Assembly: GCA_963720465.1 (NCBI GenBank)
Contig: OY970393.1
Span: 1,248,001-1,312,000 of the forward strand
From: Methanobacteriota archaeon
GTDB lineage: Archaea; Halobacteriota; Bog-38; Methanoflorentales; Methanoflorentaceae
Length of the DNA: 64,000 nt
Reading direction: 5' to 3'
The translations under genes were made by a program, and so were the position numbers. Below the pieces are notes generated by a model. It did not search any database and had not been told where the DNA came from. It worked only from the letters and a program-made list of their open reading frames with translations. The stretch's first letter is position 1. Each line of letters opens with the position of its first letter. Positions 53,944-64,000 of this stretch are shown here, in pieces.

Positions 53944-55239
53944 CTAAGTGAACGTAAACGAACCTATTGCCTTGTGCACTTGTGACAGGTACGTGTCAAA
54001 GTCTTTCGGCATCGCCTCGTAAGTAACCACGTATCCTTTTCCGTTCTTGATAACAAGAATCTGCATCGCCTTGATTTGGGTATCGACGAGCTGAACGGGA
54101 ATGGTCGCTTGCCAGATCACGTTGCAGGCGCGCTGATCGGCGAATGTAATGCTCTCACTTGAGATAAGTGCGAAATCTCTGAGATTCGTCAGATTCTCGA
54201 GGTTAGCGTTGATGAAATCGTCAAACGTCGCGTCTGATGCTAGGTCGGCCGCCTCGACACTGACGGCGCCCACGTTGGCGTGAGCCGCATATATGTAGAG
54301 TTTCACGGACACGGATGGATCGGTCGTATCGATCATCCATTCTCCGGGATAGCTAATGCTGAATCCCGCATCGCTTGAGAACGTCATCTGGTGTTCGCCC
54401 GCCTGCCTCGCCGGTAGAGCCTCGCCTCCCAGCAGAGTGAGCATCCGCAACAGTGCGTAGTTGGTCAGGGGTCCGGTATAGTGCAGTATATAGCGCACTC
54501 TGGAAAAAAACAAATTTTGGAGCAATTCATCGGTCTGTAGGTCTGCCACGGTGAAGGGGCCGTATGTCCTAAGGACGTTATTAATCGCCCCGAGCAATCT
54601 CAGAATGCAGTAGTATGTGCACACTGCGAGCGTATCCGAAGAAAGGTAATCACGATCGAGTTGCCTGCAGATGGCCTCAATATCGTTCAGGTCACGGGCC
54701 GACAAAAAGCAGTCTCTCAGGAAGTATTCCTCGCCGTGAATTCTTAGCCCTATTTCTTGCCATTCGAGGAGGTCTCCAAGGCTATTTCCTCTGGCTTTGA
54801 GTTCTTCTGCCACGTCTGCCATCTCAGGTCGTTCAATCACGTCTCGTATCATCTTTCCCAGCGTTGAATGGTCAAAGATGACGGCAAAGAAGAAGCTGGC
54901 GCCCCCGTAATCACGGAACCCTAATTCTGATTCTTCATCGGAAATGATTCCCGTGTATATGTCCTGCATTCTTGCTGAGGGTATCGTCACGCCCCCGGAA
55001 TATGGCGCGCTCCCCGGTTTTGAGGGCAAGAAACGACGCAGGAGCGTTTGTATCTGTGGCCGATCTAATGCGATCGCCCTAAGGATGTGCGAACGCACGT
55101 AGATATGTGCAAAATCAAAGAGCTCTTCTATCCTGTTCTCTTTTTTCCATTTATCAACGAAATACGAGCTTTCAGGTCCGAGCAGTGGGATCTGAGGCAC
55201 AATCGTTATGTCCCGCGGCCCTTGCATTTTCTGGGTCAT
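53944..55239 (-). CDS. hypothetical protein with C-terminal PsbP/DcrB-like domain
   Basis: GFSISYPGEW...KNGKGYVVTY...FDTYLSQVHKAIGSFTF. Confidence 0.7.
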   Translation of the reverse strand: MTQKMQGPRDITIVPQIPLLGPESSYFVDKWKKENRIEELFDFAHIYVRSHILRAIALDRPQIQTLLRRFLPSKPGSAPYSGGVTIPSARMQDIYTGIISDEESELGFRDYGGASFFFAVIFDHSTLGKMIRDVIERPEMADVAEELKARGNSLGDLLEWQEIGLRIHGEEYFLRDCFLSARDLNDIEAICRQLDRDYLSSDTLAVCTYYCILRLLGAINNVLRTYGPFTVADLQTDELLQNLFFSRVRYILHYTGPLTNYALLRMLTLLGGEALPARQAGEHQMTFSSDAGFSISYPGEWMIDTTDPSVSVKLYIYAAHANVGAVSVEAADLASDATFDDFINANLENLTNLRDFALISSESITFADQRACNVIWQATIPVQLVDTQIKAMQILVIKNGKGYVVTYEAMPKDFDTYLSQVHKAIGSFTFT

Positions 55240-55406
55240 CGTCGGCCTTTACCATCCTTTTTGTCCAAGCATCCAGCATTGCCCGATGGTTCGCTCGTGC
55301 AATCTTAATGGACTGGTCGGGGCTCATCGATTCGTGCCCGAGGACTGCCAATGTCTCCGGCTATCAACAGCGGCAGATTACGTTCGCTTTAGCGAGGCAA
55401 GCCATC

Positions 55407-56078
55407 TCAATATCCGAGCGACTCGTCGATGAGTATGAGGGTCACTCGGCCCTCGGTCGCCTCATTTGCAAGAATCACCCATTTTCCGAGCTGACTTGGC
55501 GTTCCGTACGCTTTTTTCGCACGGACATTTTCTAGGGGATACGCGTACTCGCGGACTCGGCGCAGTGCGTGGCCAAGTGCTGGGACAATTTTGTTCGTGC
55601 CGCTGACGAGTATCAGGTGACCTGCTGCAAATGCCCACGCCCCTACGCGACTTCCTGACTCGTCGCACGCGACAATTTCGCCTGACTGCACGATGGCGTT
55701 CACGCCGGAGACGAAGTAATCAGCAGTAACCGATTTTCTTCGTATCTCATGCCTCTTTTGTTCGTCGTTCTCTGCGATGATCGCGCGATGGAGATCGTTC
55801 CATCGTGATCTGTCGCTGTTAACGTATTCATCGTAGCCGATCTCGAGCAGCGTAGTGGAGGCGCCACTCATGACCTCGGCTCCAGGTGGAATCAGGTCTT
55901 TGAGCGTTTCGAGCGCAATCTCGCCACTGTGTGCTCGAATTACTGCCATGCCACGCCGTTGGATATTTTCGACGACCTGCGCCACTATACTGGCCGACGG
56001 CTGCTGATTCCACTTGTCAGAGTCAACTTGAGCCTCGGCGAAAAGGTTTGGCGCGCTGTATTGAGTAAGCCTTCTCAT
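55407..56078 (-). CDS. LUD-domain (lactate utilization) protein
   Basis: GASTTL, DYFVSGVNAI, SGSRVGA, GTNKIVP, LIDESLGY. Confidence 0.85.
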   Translation of the reverse strand: MRRLTQYSAPNLFAEAQVDSDKWNQQPSASIVAQVVENIQRRGMAVIRAHSGEIALETLKDLIPPGAEVMSGASTTLLEIGYDEYVNSDRSRWNDLHRAIIAENDEQKRHEIRRKSVTADYFVSGVNAIVQSGEIVACDESGSRVGAWAFAAGHLILVSGTNKIVPALGHALRRVREYAYPLENVRAKKAYGTPSQLGKWVILANEATEGRVTLILIDESLGY

Positions 56079-56222
56079 TCTTTCACCCCATAAACGCTGC
56101 GGATCTTTTTCTTTAGGTCTTCTTTAAAAAAGGACTTTCTCGGGCAAAGATTACCTACTTTTTGTCGTAAGCAGTCCTTGCTCGAGCGAGGCAGACAGCA
56201 GATAGGGCGCTGTAAGCAGAGC

Positions 56223-56438
56223 TTACATCTTTTCTATCCACGTTTTCATCATCTTAAGGGTCTCGAGTTTGTGCTCCAAGAGCTTGATCTTAAGCTCTTT
56301 CTTCAGGATGCGCTCATCAAGCGTTCGTGTGGCGAGCATCTTCTTCGCATTGTCGTCGAGCTTCTCCCACATCATCATCCCTCTTCCTTTTCCCATGCCG
56401 TGTCCCATTCCTGGCCCACTTTCAGGATCTTCCCACAT
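56223..56438 (-). CDS. small hypothetical protein (Gly/Met-rich N-terminus, coiled coil)
   Basis: 71 aa, SD AAGGAG upstream. Confidence 0.65.
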   Translation of the reverse strand: MWEDPESGPGMGHGMGKGRGMMMWEKLDDNAKKMLATRTLDERILKKELKIKLLEHKLETLKMMKTWIEKM

Positions 56439-56689
56439 TGTATTTCAACTCCTTATCGACGCGCTTGAGAGCGCGCCAAAAAAGCATTCTGATTGATGTA
56501 AATACGCATTTCCCATTTTTTTGTCGGGAGACCCCGCCATTTTTGCATTTTTTCACGGCTTAAATGGAGGCTGCAGGTTTAAGGATCGTTATAAGGTGGC
56601 GTAAGCGCCAATCTTCCAATTCGCCGTTTACACGTAGGCCGATTTCTCGAGGCGCAGGCGCAAATGCTTTTCTCTAGCTGCAGCGAATT

Positions 56690-56881
56690 TCAGCGTGTTC
56701 GACGTAATAGGCGCCGCAGCCAGAGCAGAAATTTTCTCTCTCGTTTAGCGGGGGCGACCTCGAGTCTTTTGCCGCAGTTCTGACAGAACTTCGTCTCTTC
56801 AGCATACGCGACGCCACATGCTGGACAGATGTTCTTATCTAGATCCAACGCAATTTCGGCGTCGCGCAAGCTATCGTCCAA
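56690..56881 (-). CDS. zinc-ribbon protein
   Basis: CPACG...FCQNCGKRL; SD GAGGTG upstream. Confidence 0.7.
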   Translation of the reverse strand: MDDSLRDAEIALDLDKNICPACGVAYAEETKFCQNCGKRLEVAPAKRERKFLLWLRRLLRRTR

Positions 56882-58539
56882 CGCACCTCACCTCCACAAA
56901 CATTAGCACCATCGCTGACTTGTCCATTGCACGAAAGCAGGCTTGGGTAGTCATCCGACATCAGCGCGAATTTTGTCCGTAAACTGGTATAAGTGCCGAC
57001 AAAAAGTCTTTGTCGCTTTATCGCGTGACCTTCTTATCAGCATCTCTGTATCGAGGGTATCGTTAGATGGTTCCGCAGCCACGGCTTCAAACAAATGTGT
57101 GCTGACCACAAAGTATCAGCGACGAGATCGGACCGTTCGCATAATCTCTCGTCAACTTTGCACCAGTGTTTTCGAAGCCATTGCAGGTTTTACAACGCTT
57201 TGGGCGTTATTTTTTAAAAGAGCGCCCCGCTCTGAGCTCCCTACTTTTATATTGAAAGAAAATACTGATAAACGCGCATAAGGCAGCTGTAGGAGAGATG
57301 TAGGTTCTGTTGACGTGACACCTCACGCGCTTGACCTCATACTCATAGCAGCGCCTTATGCCTCGACCGAGCGGATCTTCGCGTGTTTCATTCGCCCGGC
57401 ACGCATTTTTGCGCCAGTCGTCACCAAATGCCAGAAACATTTATGCTCTTTAACGGGTCTTTGTTGCAACTCCACGTATTTCATCTCTGAGGCAGTGGTG
57501 GAGCAGACTGCTTGGGTCGTTGAGAGTCAGCCCAGGCTTCACGTTTTTTAGCCGCATGAGATCGTCAACATAGGATTCCTGACAAAGCAGTGTGCGGTGT
57601 GTGTGTTTGATTCCTTTAACGAGAGGGGCCAGGTGATGATCCCACAGTCTTCTTCAAGCCTCCCGGCGACGTCTAACGTCTCTAAGAATCCGCGACTAAT
57701 CGGTGAGATCTCGACGAAGTAGAGGTTTTGGTATCGTTGGTGCTAATTCGCAGCGTCCGAAACCCCTGCCTGTCAGCTGTGCGTATGGTCCCGCTCGTGG
57801 CAGTGTCGATGAATATCTGGTTCGACGCCCTAGGGGGCGAAAAGCTGCTGTCGTTGCATGTATAACAAGACGCATCTAAGGCTATTAACCGCCCCGCGTA
57901 TACTTCTAAAAAAGTAACACGATCTTATTTGAACCAAACATCGACCAATGCCCGGAGCGGTTTCACAGCCTTAGAAATACTAACCCGAGGCAAGCCGTAG
58001 TATAACTAAAGCCCTATTTGAAACTTTATTACAAATTTAGTACGTTACGGCGGTTTTTTCGCAGAGGTAAGCTCCGTAGCGATGGCAAAGCAGTAGAGGA
58101 AGGATGCTTATTGGGTTCAGATCGTTTGGGATATAACCGTTAACGTATCAAGGGAGAGCAAAGGGGCTGTCGTACTAGCCTAAACCACTTGATGAGGGGA
58201 TTTTCGTGACGGTTCCGATTACTTCAGAAAACGTGGTGAGATGTCTCTGCTGCACAACGTGCCCAACGTTCCAGCTTACCCTTGCAGTGGGTGGCTTCAT
58301 TGTGCAACTGGCAAGAGCAAGAAGCCTCCTGAAATGCTGGGATGCGGCTGCCGTAAGTGCCCAGTCTAAGTACAGTACGCGTTGACTGGAGGCTACTACT
58401 GCATTCACGGCACCGCCGAGTCGTGACCCAAAGTCGGCCCCTGTTAATCAATTGGTCACGACTCACAGATGGGAAAAAAAGGGCCCATTAAAGTCCTGCG
58501 CGGTCCGTCTCTAGTCAAGACCGGACTGGATAAACGCTC

Positions 58540-61500
58540 TCATCCACACTTGTTAGGCAAAGTAACGGTGAATGTCGTCCCTTTTCCCTCGCTACTTTCA
58601 AACGTGACCGTCCCGCTGTGGGCGTCAACAACGCGTTTCACCACTGCTAACCCCAAGCCAGTACCCTTCGCCTTGCCAGTGGACAAGGGCATGAACAGTT
58701 TACCCTTCATCTCTTCAGGAATTCCCACGCCAGTATCGTGAACACTAATCGCAACAGAGTCGTCGAAGCGAGAGGCGCTGATGGTCAGCGTTCCGCCCTC
58801 GGGCATCGCCTGTATCGCGTTCAGAACAAGGTTGGCGAAGACGCGGTGCATCAGGTGTGGGTCAGCCATCACCGCAAGATCGCTCACGTCGGAAATGATC
58901 GTCACGTGGTCGGTGTGCGGGAGTGACGCGAGGACGTCGTTGATAACAGTGCTGACTCCCACGACTTCGCGTTGAAGAGCAATAGGCCGGGCGAAATCCT
59001 GCAAATCCGCGACGATCTTGTCCATATAGAAGACTTGCTCGCTGATACGATTGAAGAGTCCCTCCTCCTGCTTCCAGTCGGCAGCACTTCGCTTTTCCGG
59101 GGGGACTCGCTCGAACCGCAGCTTCTGCAGGTCGACGATGTACTGGAGTCCTTGCAGCGGGTTGCGGAGGTCGTGCCCGATTATCGCGGCGGTCTCTCCA
59201 ATGCCTGCTAAACGTTCGGCATCCTTAAGTTGAGCGGTGCGCTCCGCCACGATAGCTTCGAGATGACCTGAGTGGCGTTGCAGCTCTTCTTCTGCGCGTT
59301 TCCGGTCGGTGATATCCCGTGCCGCAGCAAACACCCCCTGAATCTCGCCGGCTTCGTTTTGGTACACAGTTGCGTTGTACAGCACGTCGGTCACCCGGCC
59401 AGACGAGTGACGAATGGCTAGCGGGTAATCTCTTACGAGGCCATAGGTAAAGACCTGTTTGTAACCCGCTCTCGCCTTTTCAGGTTCAGTGAAATAGTTA
59501 CTGAAGTCACTGCCGATCAGCTCGTCGCGTGAGCAGCCAGTCACGTCCTCGGTCGCTTTGTTGACGTCGGTGATCATTCCTTCTGCGCTGATGGTGACAA
59601 GGGGGTCAAGGCTCGCCTCGATGAGGTTCCGTGCATAGCGTGAGGAGTCGCGCAATTGTGCCTCTTTCTCCCGCTGCTCTGTGACATCGTTATTGATCTC
59701 AAGCGTAGCGACGGGCGCACCGTCAGGAGCATGCTGAAGCGTCATATGGCTCTCAACGATCACGGTTTTGCCCGCCCTCGTGACGTGGGTAAGCTCTCCT
59801 TCCCATCGTCCTCGTTTGGTGAGTGCGGATCTAATCCGTTTGATAGGCTCAGGGAAAGTCGTGCCGAGCAAAGAATGAATCGCTTTGCCGATCGCCTCAT
59901 CGCGTTTCCACCCGTAGAGTTGTTCGGCACCGTGGTTCCAGTACGTGATCTGGCCGTCAACGTCCCACATCACGATCGCATCCCGGGCGCCGTCCAGCAT
60001 GGTGGCACGCTGCTCGGCGCGCGATTTTGCTGTAACCTTTGCTACTGCTGTCCCCAACTCTCGCCCGATTGCAGCAAACAGCTCGCGTTCTTCAGGCGAA
60101 AACCACCTACGTTCGGTGGCATACAAGGCAAGCCTACCGATCATCGCGCCTTCTGAAACGAGTGGGATGCCGACCACCGCGCCTCTTTGACCGAAACGGT
60201 AGCATGCCAAATCAGATGGCGCCTCATCGAGCACTACTAGCTCGTGCGTCCGGTACACAGCGCTTGTATGAAGATCGGCGGCAACGTGCGGGCTATCAAC
60301 AGCATCGACAACCTCTGGAGGAGTATTGTATGCGTAACGCACGTCGAGATGTCCTGTGTCAGTCTGAATAGCAACCCAGCCGCTCTCGAACCCTAACAGC
60401 TGAATAGCGGTAATGACGGAGCTCTCATAGAGTGTAGGGAGATCTTGAGCGTCGTTGATGACGTGGATGATCTCGTTAAGGACGGCGGAGTAGGTTGCTC
60501 GAGCTTTCGCCGTTTCTTCCGCCTGCATCCTAGCAATCACCGTGCCTGCTTGTTGCCCGAGCGCGACTAAGAGTTCCTTTTCGGCGGCTGAGAAGTGATG
60601 CGGCGATGTGCCCAACACAACGTAATGACCGATGACAGCCTCTTTAGAGGTTAGCGGGATATGGGCCGCGGCGGCGCTAGCATGGTAGGGGGGCGAAGAG
60701 CCGGTTGGACTGGCATCGACAAACTCAGCTTCGCCTTGATAAATACGAGCGACGTGCGCGCTGCCGCAGGGGATCGTCTGCAGGATCTCGGGTGATGCTG
60801 GAGATGCATAGTGAAGTTCAGCTGCGTCTCCCTCCGTGTCGAGCAGATAGACGGCACCTCCATCAAACCCAAGCAGCGCCACGGCGTTATCGAGCATCGA
60901 ACCAAGGGCAGACCGGAGGTCGTGAGACTCGTTCCCTGCTTTGATGACGCGGTTAATAATCTCCTGCTGGCGAGCGTAACCTTCAGCCTCTTCTTCTGCT
61001 TTGAGACGTCTGCGCACTTCCGTGCTGAGCCTCTTATTGATACTCCGCAGCTCCTGGTTCGTTGACGTTAGTTCAGTCGTTCGCTCTTGCACCCTCCGTT
61101 CGAGCGTTTCGTTGGCGACGCTGAGCTCTTCGATGGCCCCGTAGAGCTCCTCGTTGAGCGACTGCACCTCGGCACGCGACTGCCATAGCGCGTCCTCTGC
61201 TTCCCTTCGACCGGTGACGTCCGAGCCGAAGACGTTCACGCCCTCCTCAGGTACCGGCACAACGCGCAGTTGGAACACACCGGATGCGGCTACGACATCA
61301 TCGGTGAGCGTTTGTCCGCGCGTGTAAGCCCCATTCACGCGGGTCATCCAGTGAATAGGAACGACATCACTGCGGAGATCGAGCGCTTCAAGGAGTCGTT
61401 TGGCTGCTTCGTTTGCATAGAGGAGCTGTCCAGTAGAGGCGATACGGAGCACCGGATCAGGATTGTCTTGAGGGAATCGAGCGATGCTCTCTCGCTCTTC

Positions 61501-62301
61501 CTCCACGTGCTTTCGGTCAGTAATATCGACGATCTGCGCAAGATACCCCTCAACCCGACCTTCCGCAGTGAATAGCGGGGCCGTGTGGACGTCGGCGTAG
61601 CGTACATTGGAGTGAGTTGTCGGGAAATACTTGCTCTCTTGGATGGCAGAAAAGTCGTACGACAGTTTGTATCGTACGGGGCGGCCTGCCTGCAGTTCCG
61701 CTTTGTCGCGGTCTGAAACGCGCGGACTAGTGAAAATCGTTAAGTGCTCGAGGTCAGCTACACTGTTGATGCCGAGGAATGCGTGAGCTGCTTTATTTGC
61801 CTCAATGGGACGCCCATCGGCATCGTAGCGCACCTGCGCGACTGGTGAGTCATTGAAAAGGGTTCTAAATTGCCCTTCGCTAGCTTTACGCGCTGCTTCT
61901 GCTCGCTTCTGCTTTATAGTATGTCGTATCATGCGGGGTAGTCCCGCATATGACTCACTGTTCTCCAGTCCGTCCTTTGTGAGAGAATGCTGCGCCCCCT
62001 CGCGGACCGCAGTTCGCCCGAGCTCTTCGCCGTCCGATATCGTCAACACGATGATGGGTAGGTGTGGCGCGTGCTCACGGATAACGCGGAAGGTGTCAAG
62101 CCCGTGACTCTCGGGCAGGCCGAGGTCGAGCAGAATGACGTCAAAGTCGCCTTGAGCTAGAGTTTCAAGCCCTTGAGCGAGCGTCGCCGCGGTAACGTGA
62201 AAGCGCTCGCGTGTCGCATCACGGGACAGTTCTTGAATCAGCCGCGTGTCGGTGGGGCTATCCTCTATAAGAAGGACGTTAGTCCATTTTTCGTTCGCCA
62301 T
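58540..62301 (-). CDS. hybrid sensor histidine kinase (REC-PAS-PAS-GAF-GAF-PAS-PAS-HisKA-HATPase)
   Basis: LLIEDS..DVILLDLGLP; PAS motifs (WNHGAEQLYGW, DVNKATE); HDLRNPL; NLVLNAIQAM, DTGVGI, GTGLGL. Confidence 0.95.
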   Translation of the reverse strand: MANEKWTNVLLIEDSPTDTRLIQELSRDATRERFHVTAATLAQGLETLAQGDFDVILLDLGLPESHGLDTFRVIREHAPHLPIIVLTISDGEELGRTAVREGAQHSLTKDGLENSESYAGLPRMIRHTIKQKRAEAARKASEGQFRTLFNDSPVAQVRYDADGRPIEANKAAHAFLGINSVADLEHLTIFTSPRVSDRDKAELQAGRPVRYKLSYDFSAIQESKYFPTTHSNVRYADVHTAPLFTAEGRVEGYLAQIVDITDRKHVEEERESIARFPQDNPDPVLRIASTGQLLYANEAAKRLLEALDLRSDVVPIHWMTRVNGAYTRGQTLTDDVVAASGVFQLRVVPVPEEGVNVFGSDVTGRREAEDALWQSRAEVQSLNEELYGAIEELSVANETLERRVQERTTELTSTNQELRSINKRLSTEVRRRLKAEEEAEGYARQQEIINRVIKAGNESHDLRSALGSMLDNAVALLGFDGGAVYLLDTEGDAAELHYASPASPEILQTIPCGSAHVARIYQGEAEFVDASPTGSSPPYHASAAAAHIPLTSKEAVIGHYVVLGTSPHHFSAAEKELLVALGQQAGTVIARMQAEETAKARATYSAVLNEIIHVINDAQDLPTLYESSVITAIQLLGFESGWVAIQTDTGHLDVRYAYNTPPEVVDAVDSPHVAADLHTSAVYRTHELVVLDEAPSDLACYRFGQRGAVVGIPLVSEGAMIGRLALYATERRWFSPEERELFAAIGRELGTAVAKVTAKSRAEQRATMLDGARDAIVMWDVDGQITYWNHGAEQLYGWKRDEAIGKAIHSLLGTTFPEPIKRIRSALTKRGRWEGELTHVTRAGKTVIVESHMTLQHAPDGAPVATLEINNDVTEQREKEAQLRDSSRYARNLIEASLDPLVTISAEGMITDVNKATEDVTGCSRDELIGSDFSNYFTEPEKARAGYKQVFTYGLVRDYPLAIRHSSGRVTDVLYNATVYQNEAGEIQGVFAAARDITDRKRAEEELQRHSGHLEAIVAERTAQLKDAERLAGIGETAAIIGHDLRNPLQGLQYIVDLQKLRFERVPPEKRSAADWKQEEGLFNRISEQVFYMDKIVADLQDFARPIALQREVVGVSTVINDVLASLPHTDHVTIISDVSDLAVMADPHLMHRVFANLVLNAIQAMPEGGTLTISASRFDDSVAISVHDTGVGIPEEMKGKLFMPLSTGKAKGTGLGLAVVKRVVDAHSGTVTFESSEGKGTTFTVTLPNKCG

Positions 62302-62856
62302 CGTGGCACCAACGGAAGCGTACTAAGTGGTTCTTCCTGTCCTGCCCGCGCTTCGTACGCAAAGAATAGAGCGCACCAAACGCACGCTCGCCGCCTGATT
62401 TTTCTTCTGTTAATTCGAGGGGCTATATATAAGCGTGCCCCGCTGAAACGTGATTATAGGCAGCGCCTATGTTCTAGTCGGGCACAAGTGCGGGAACAAC
62501 AGCCTTTACAGTCGCACCTAACAGAACGTTATGGCCGGCTGCTTCCTTGCGCCGGTCGGTTCAGGGCTTTTATGCAATCGCCAGTAATGCCAGCGTACCT
62601 GCGGCAGGCGCCTCAAAACTGCCTTTCAGCAACTGCGCGCCGCAGCGCGCCCAGTCAAATAAACACCGAGTTTCAACGATTTTGCGCGGCGTGTCTGCCG
62701 AGTCGTGCGGCATGAACACCAAGATTGCTGGGTCAAAGCAGCGAGGCGATTGCGTGGGGAATGCCCAGCTAGTACGCTAAAGCGGCTAAACGTGTTCGCT
62801 GACGAATTCTGCCGCGCCAGGGTGCAGTGCCCTGCACCACCACACGGAAAATTTGC

Positions 62857-63102
62857 TTACGACTGAGACAAGAGTTTCAGCTTTTCAACGCACGCTGCAA
62901 GGGCAACCTCTGCAGCGGCGCACCGCACTTCCCATAGGTGAACATCGGCTTCTGCCCGCCGAACCGCGGCCCAGTCGTAACAGCCCTGGATGTGCGTTAT
63001 CTCGCACAGCGCATTCTCCAACGCCACCTCCTCACGTAATCCGGCGGCGTCTCTTTCGTAGCGCGACTTTGCCAACACCTGCCGCTCTGCCTCACACGAC
63101 AT
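62857..63102 (-). CDS. small hypothetical helical protein
   Basis: 81-aa ORF downstream of an AT-rich palindromic promoter-like site. Confidence 0.4.
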   Translation of the reverse strand: MSCEAERQVLAKSRYERDAAGLREEVALENALCEITHIQGCYDWAAVRRAEADVHLWEVRCAAAEVALAACVEKLKLLSQS

Positions 63103-63184
63103 AATGGGAAGGTCTACGGTAAGAGCGGCAATGCACGCGCCCGTACACACCCACCAGCAGGGCCCCTCTACCCAATAACTAAAA

Positions 63185-63204
63185 TATTATGAACGTTCGT
63201 AATA
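63185..63204. promoter_or_regulatory. 20-bp imperfect palindrome, putative operator
   Basis: TATTATGAACGTTCGTAATA, one mismatched pair. Confidence 0.5.
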
Positions 63205-64000
63205 AAGGTTGTGTTACACGGTTCTGTCACGGCGTGCTGCCGTTTACGTCGACTCCTTTCACCCAACAGCCATTTCTATAGGGGATACGCCGACTCTGAG
63301 TTGACTCGCTTCAAGTCCACGTACGATTCCTTAGCCGCATGCGGTTAACAAATTGCCGGTTTGTCGACTAATTTCTTCACGCCGGAGCTCTCCGACAAAT
63401 CCCGTTCAAAATGACAACCGTTATTGTCGATAAGATGCCTTTTCGGCAATGCTCAAAACGGATCGCAAACGAAGCCTCAATATATTTAAATTAATATAAA
63501 AATAAAAATATAATTCTAAAAATCGCTTCTTTTTAAAAAATGCGACTCCCAGAACGGCTTAAGCTGAGCCGAAAATAACTGAGCTTCTGCCCGTGAAGAT
63601 TATCAAGTGGCGCACTTTTGGTGTAGTTTTGGCGCACTTTGCCTAGCGCGCTCCCGCATTTTTGATCGCAACGAGAGCAAGACCGTCGCTTACGAGGCTT
63701 TATACGCAAAAAAGGCGTCAGCTACCCGCGCTCACCTGTCCGTTTACGTCAAACACGCTATCGAGCGAGATGCTCGCTGGCGTGATCGTTACGGTGTTCG
63801 TCACTCGTGTGGTGCTGGCCGTAAGCGATGCGCGAACGGTGGAGGGCTGCGTGCTGCGGGCGAGCGTAGTGAGCGGTGATGCTAACCGGAGGAGGAGCGC
63901 GATGACGACAGCCGCGTACGCCCTGTTGCGCAGCGAATGGAGCACGATTCACACCTTTTCTTGGGTCAAAGCTCCGCTTGAGCCTGCCGTGGTTGCAATA

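Overview
Archaeal DNA, probably from a Halobacteriota/methanogen-related lineage (inferred from archaeal type II GAPDH, MvhD, an FrhB-family FdhB-like subunit, NADPH:F420 oxidoreductase and TATA-box promoters). The window is an accessory, mosaic region. It holds a CoxMSL-like molybdenum hydroxylase cluster with xdhC/mocA, a DtxR-family regulator with feoB and a visible operator, two ABC exporters, many redox and stress genes, a P-type H+-ATPase and a large PAS/GAF histidine kinase. Close to twenty genes are broken or fragmentary. Several breaks are single-base slips in homopolymers and may be sequencing errors; others look like real decay. The most notable structure is at about 29.7-38.5 kb. 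Two paralogous small 'YxxPxIRLP' genes converge on the 3' half of a tRNA-Val(CAC), directly followed by a Kiwa-like anti-phage pair. A second copy of the same small gene, again running into the tRNA anticodon stem-loop, lies 8.5 kb further on. This suggests a family of tRNA-Val-targeted, tandemly accreting elements, although no integrase is present in the window. I saw no rRNA, intact tRNA or CRISPR array. All family assignments come from motif recognition by eye, not database searches.
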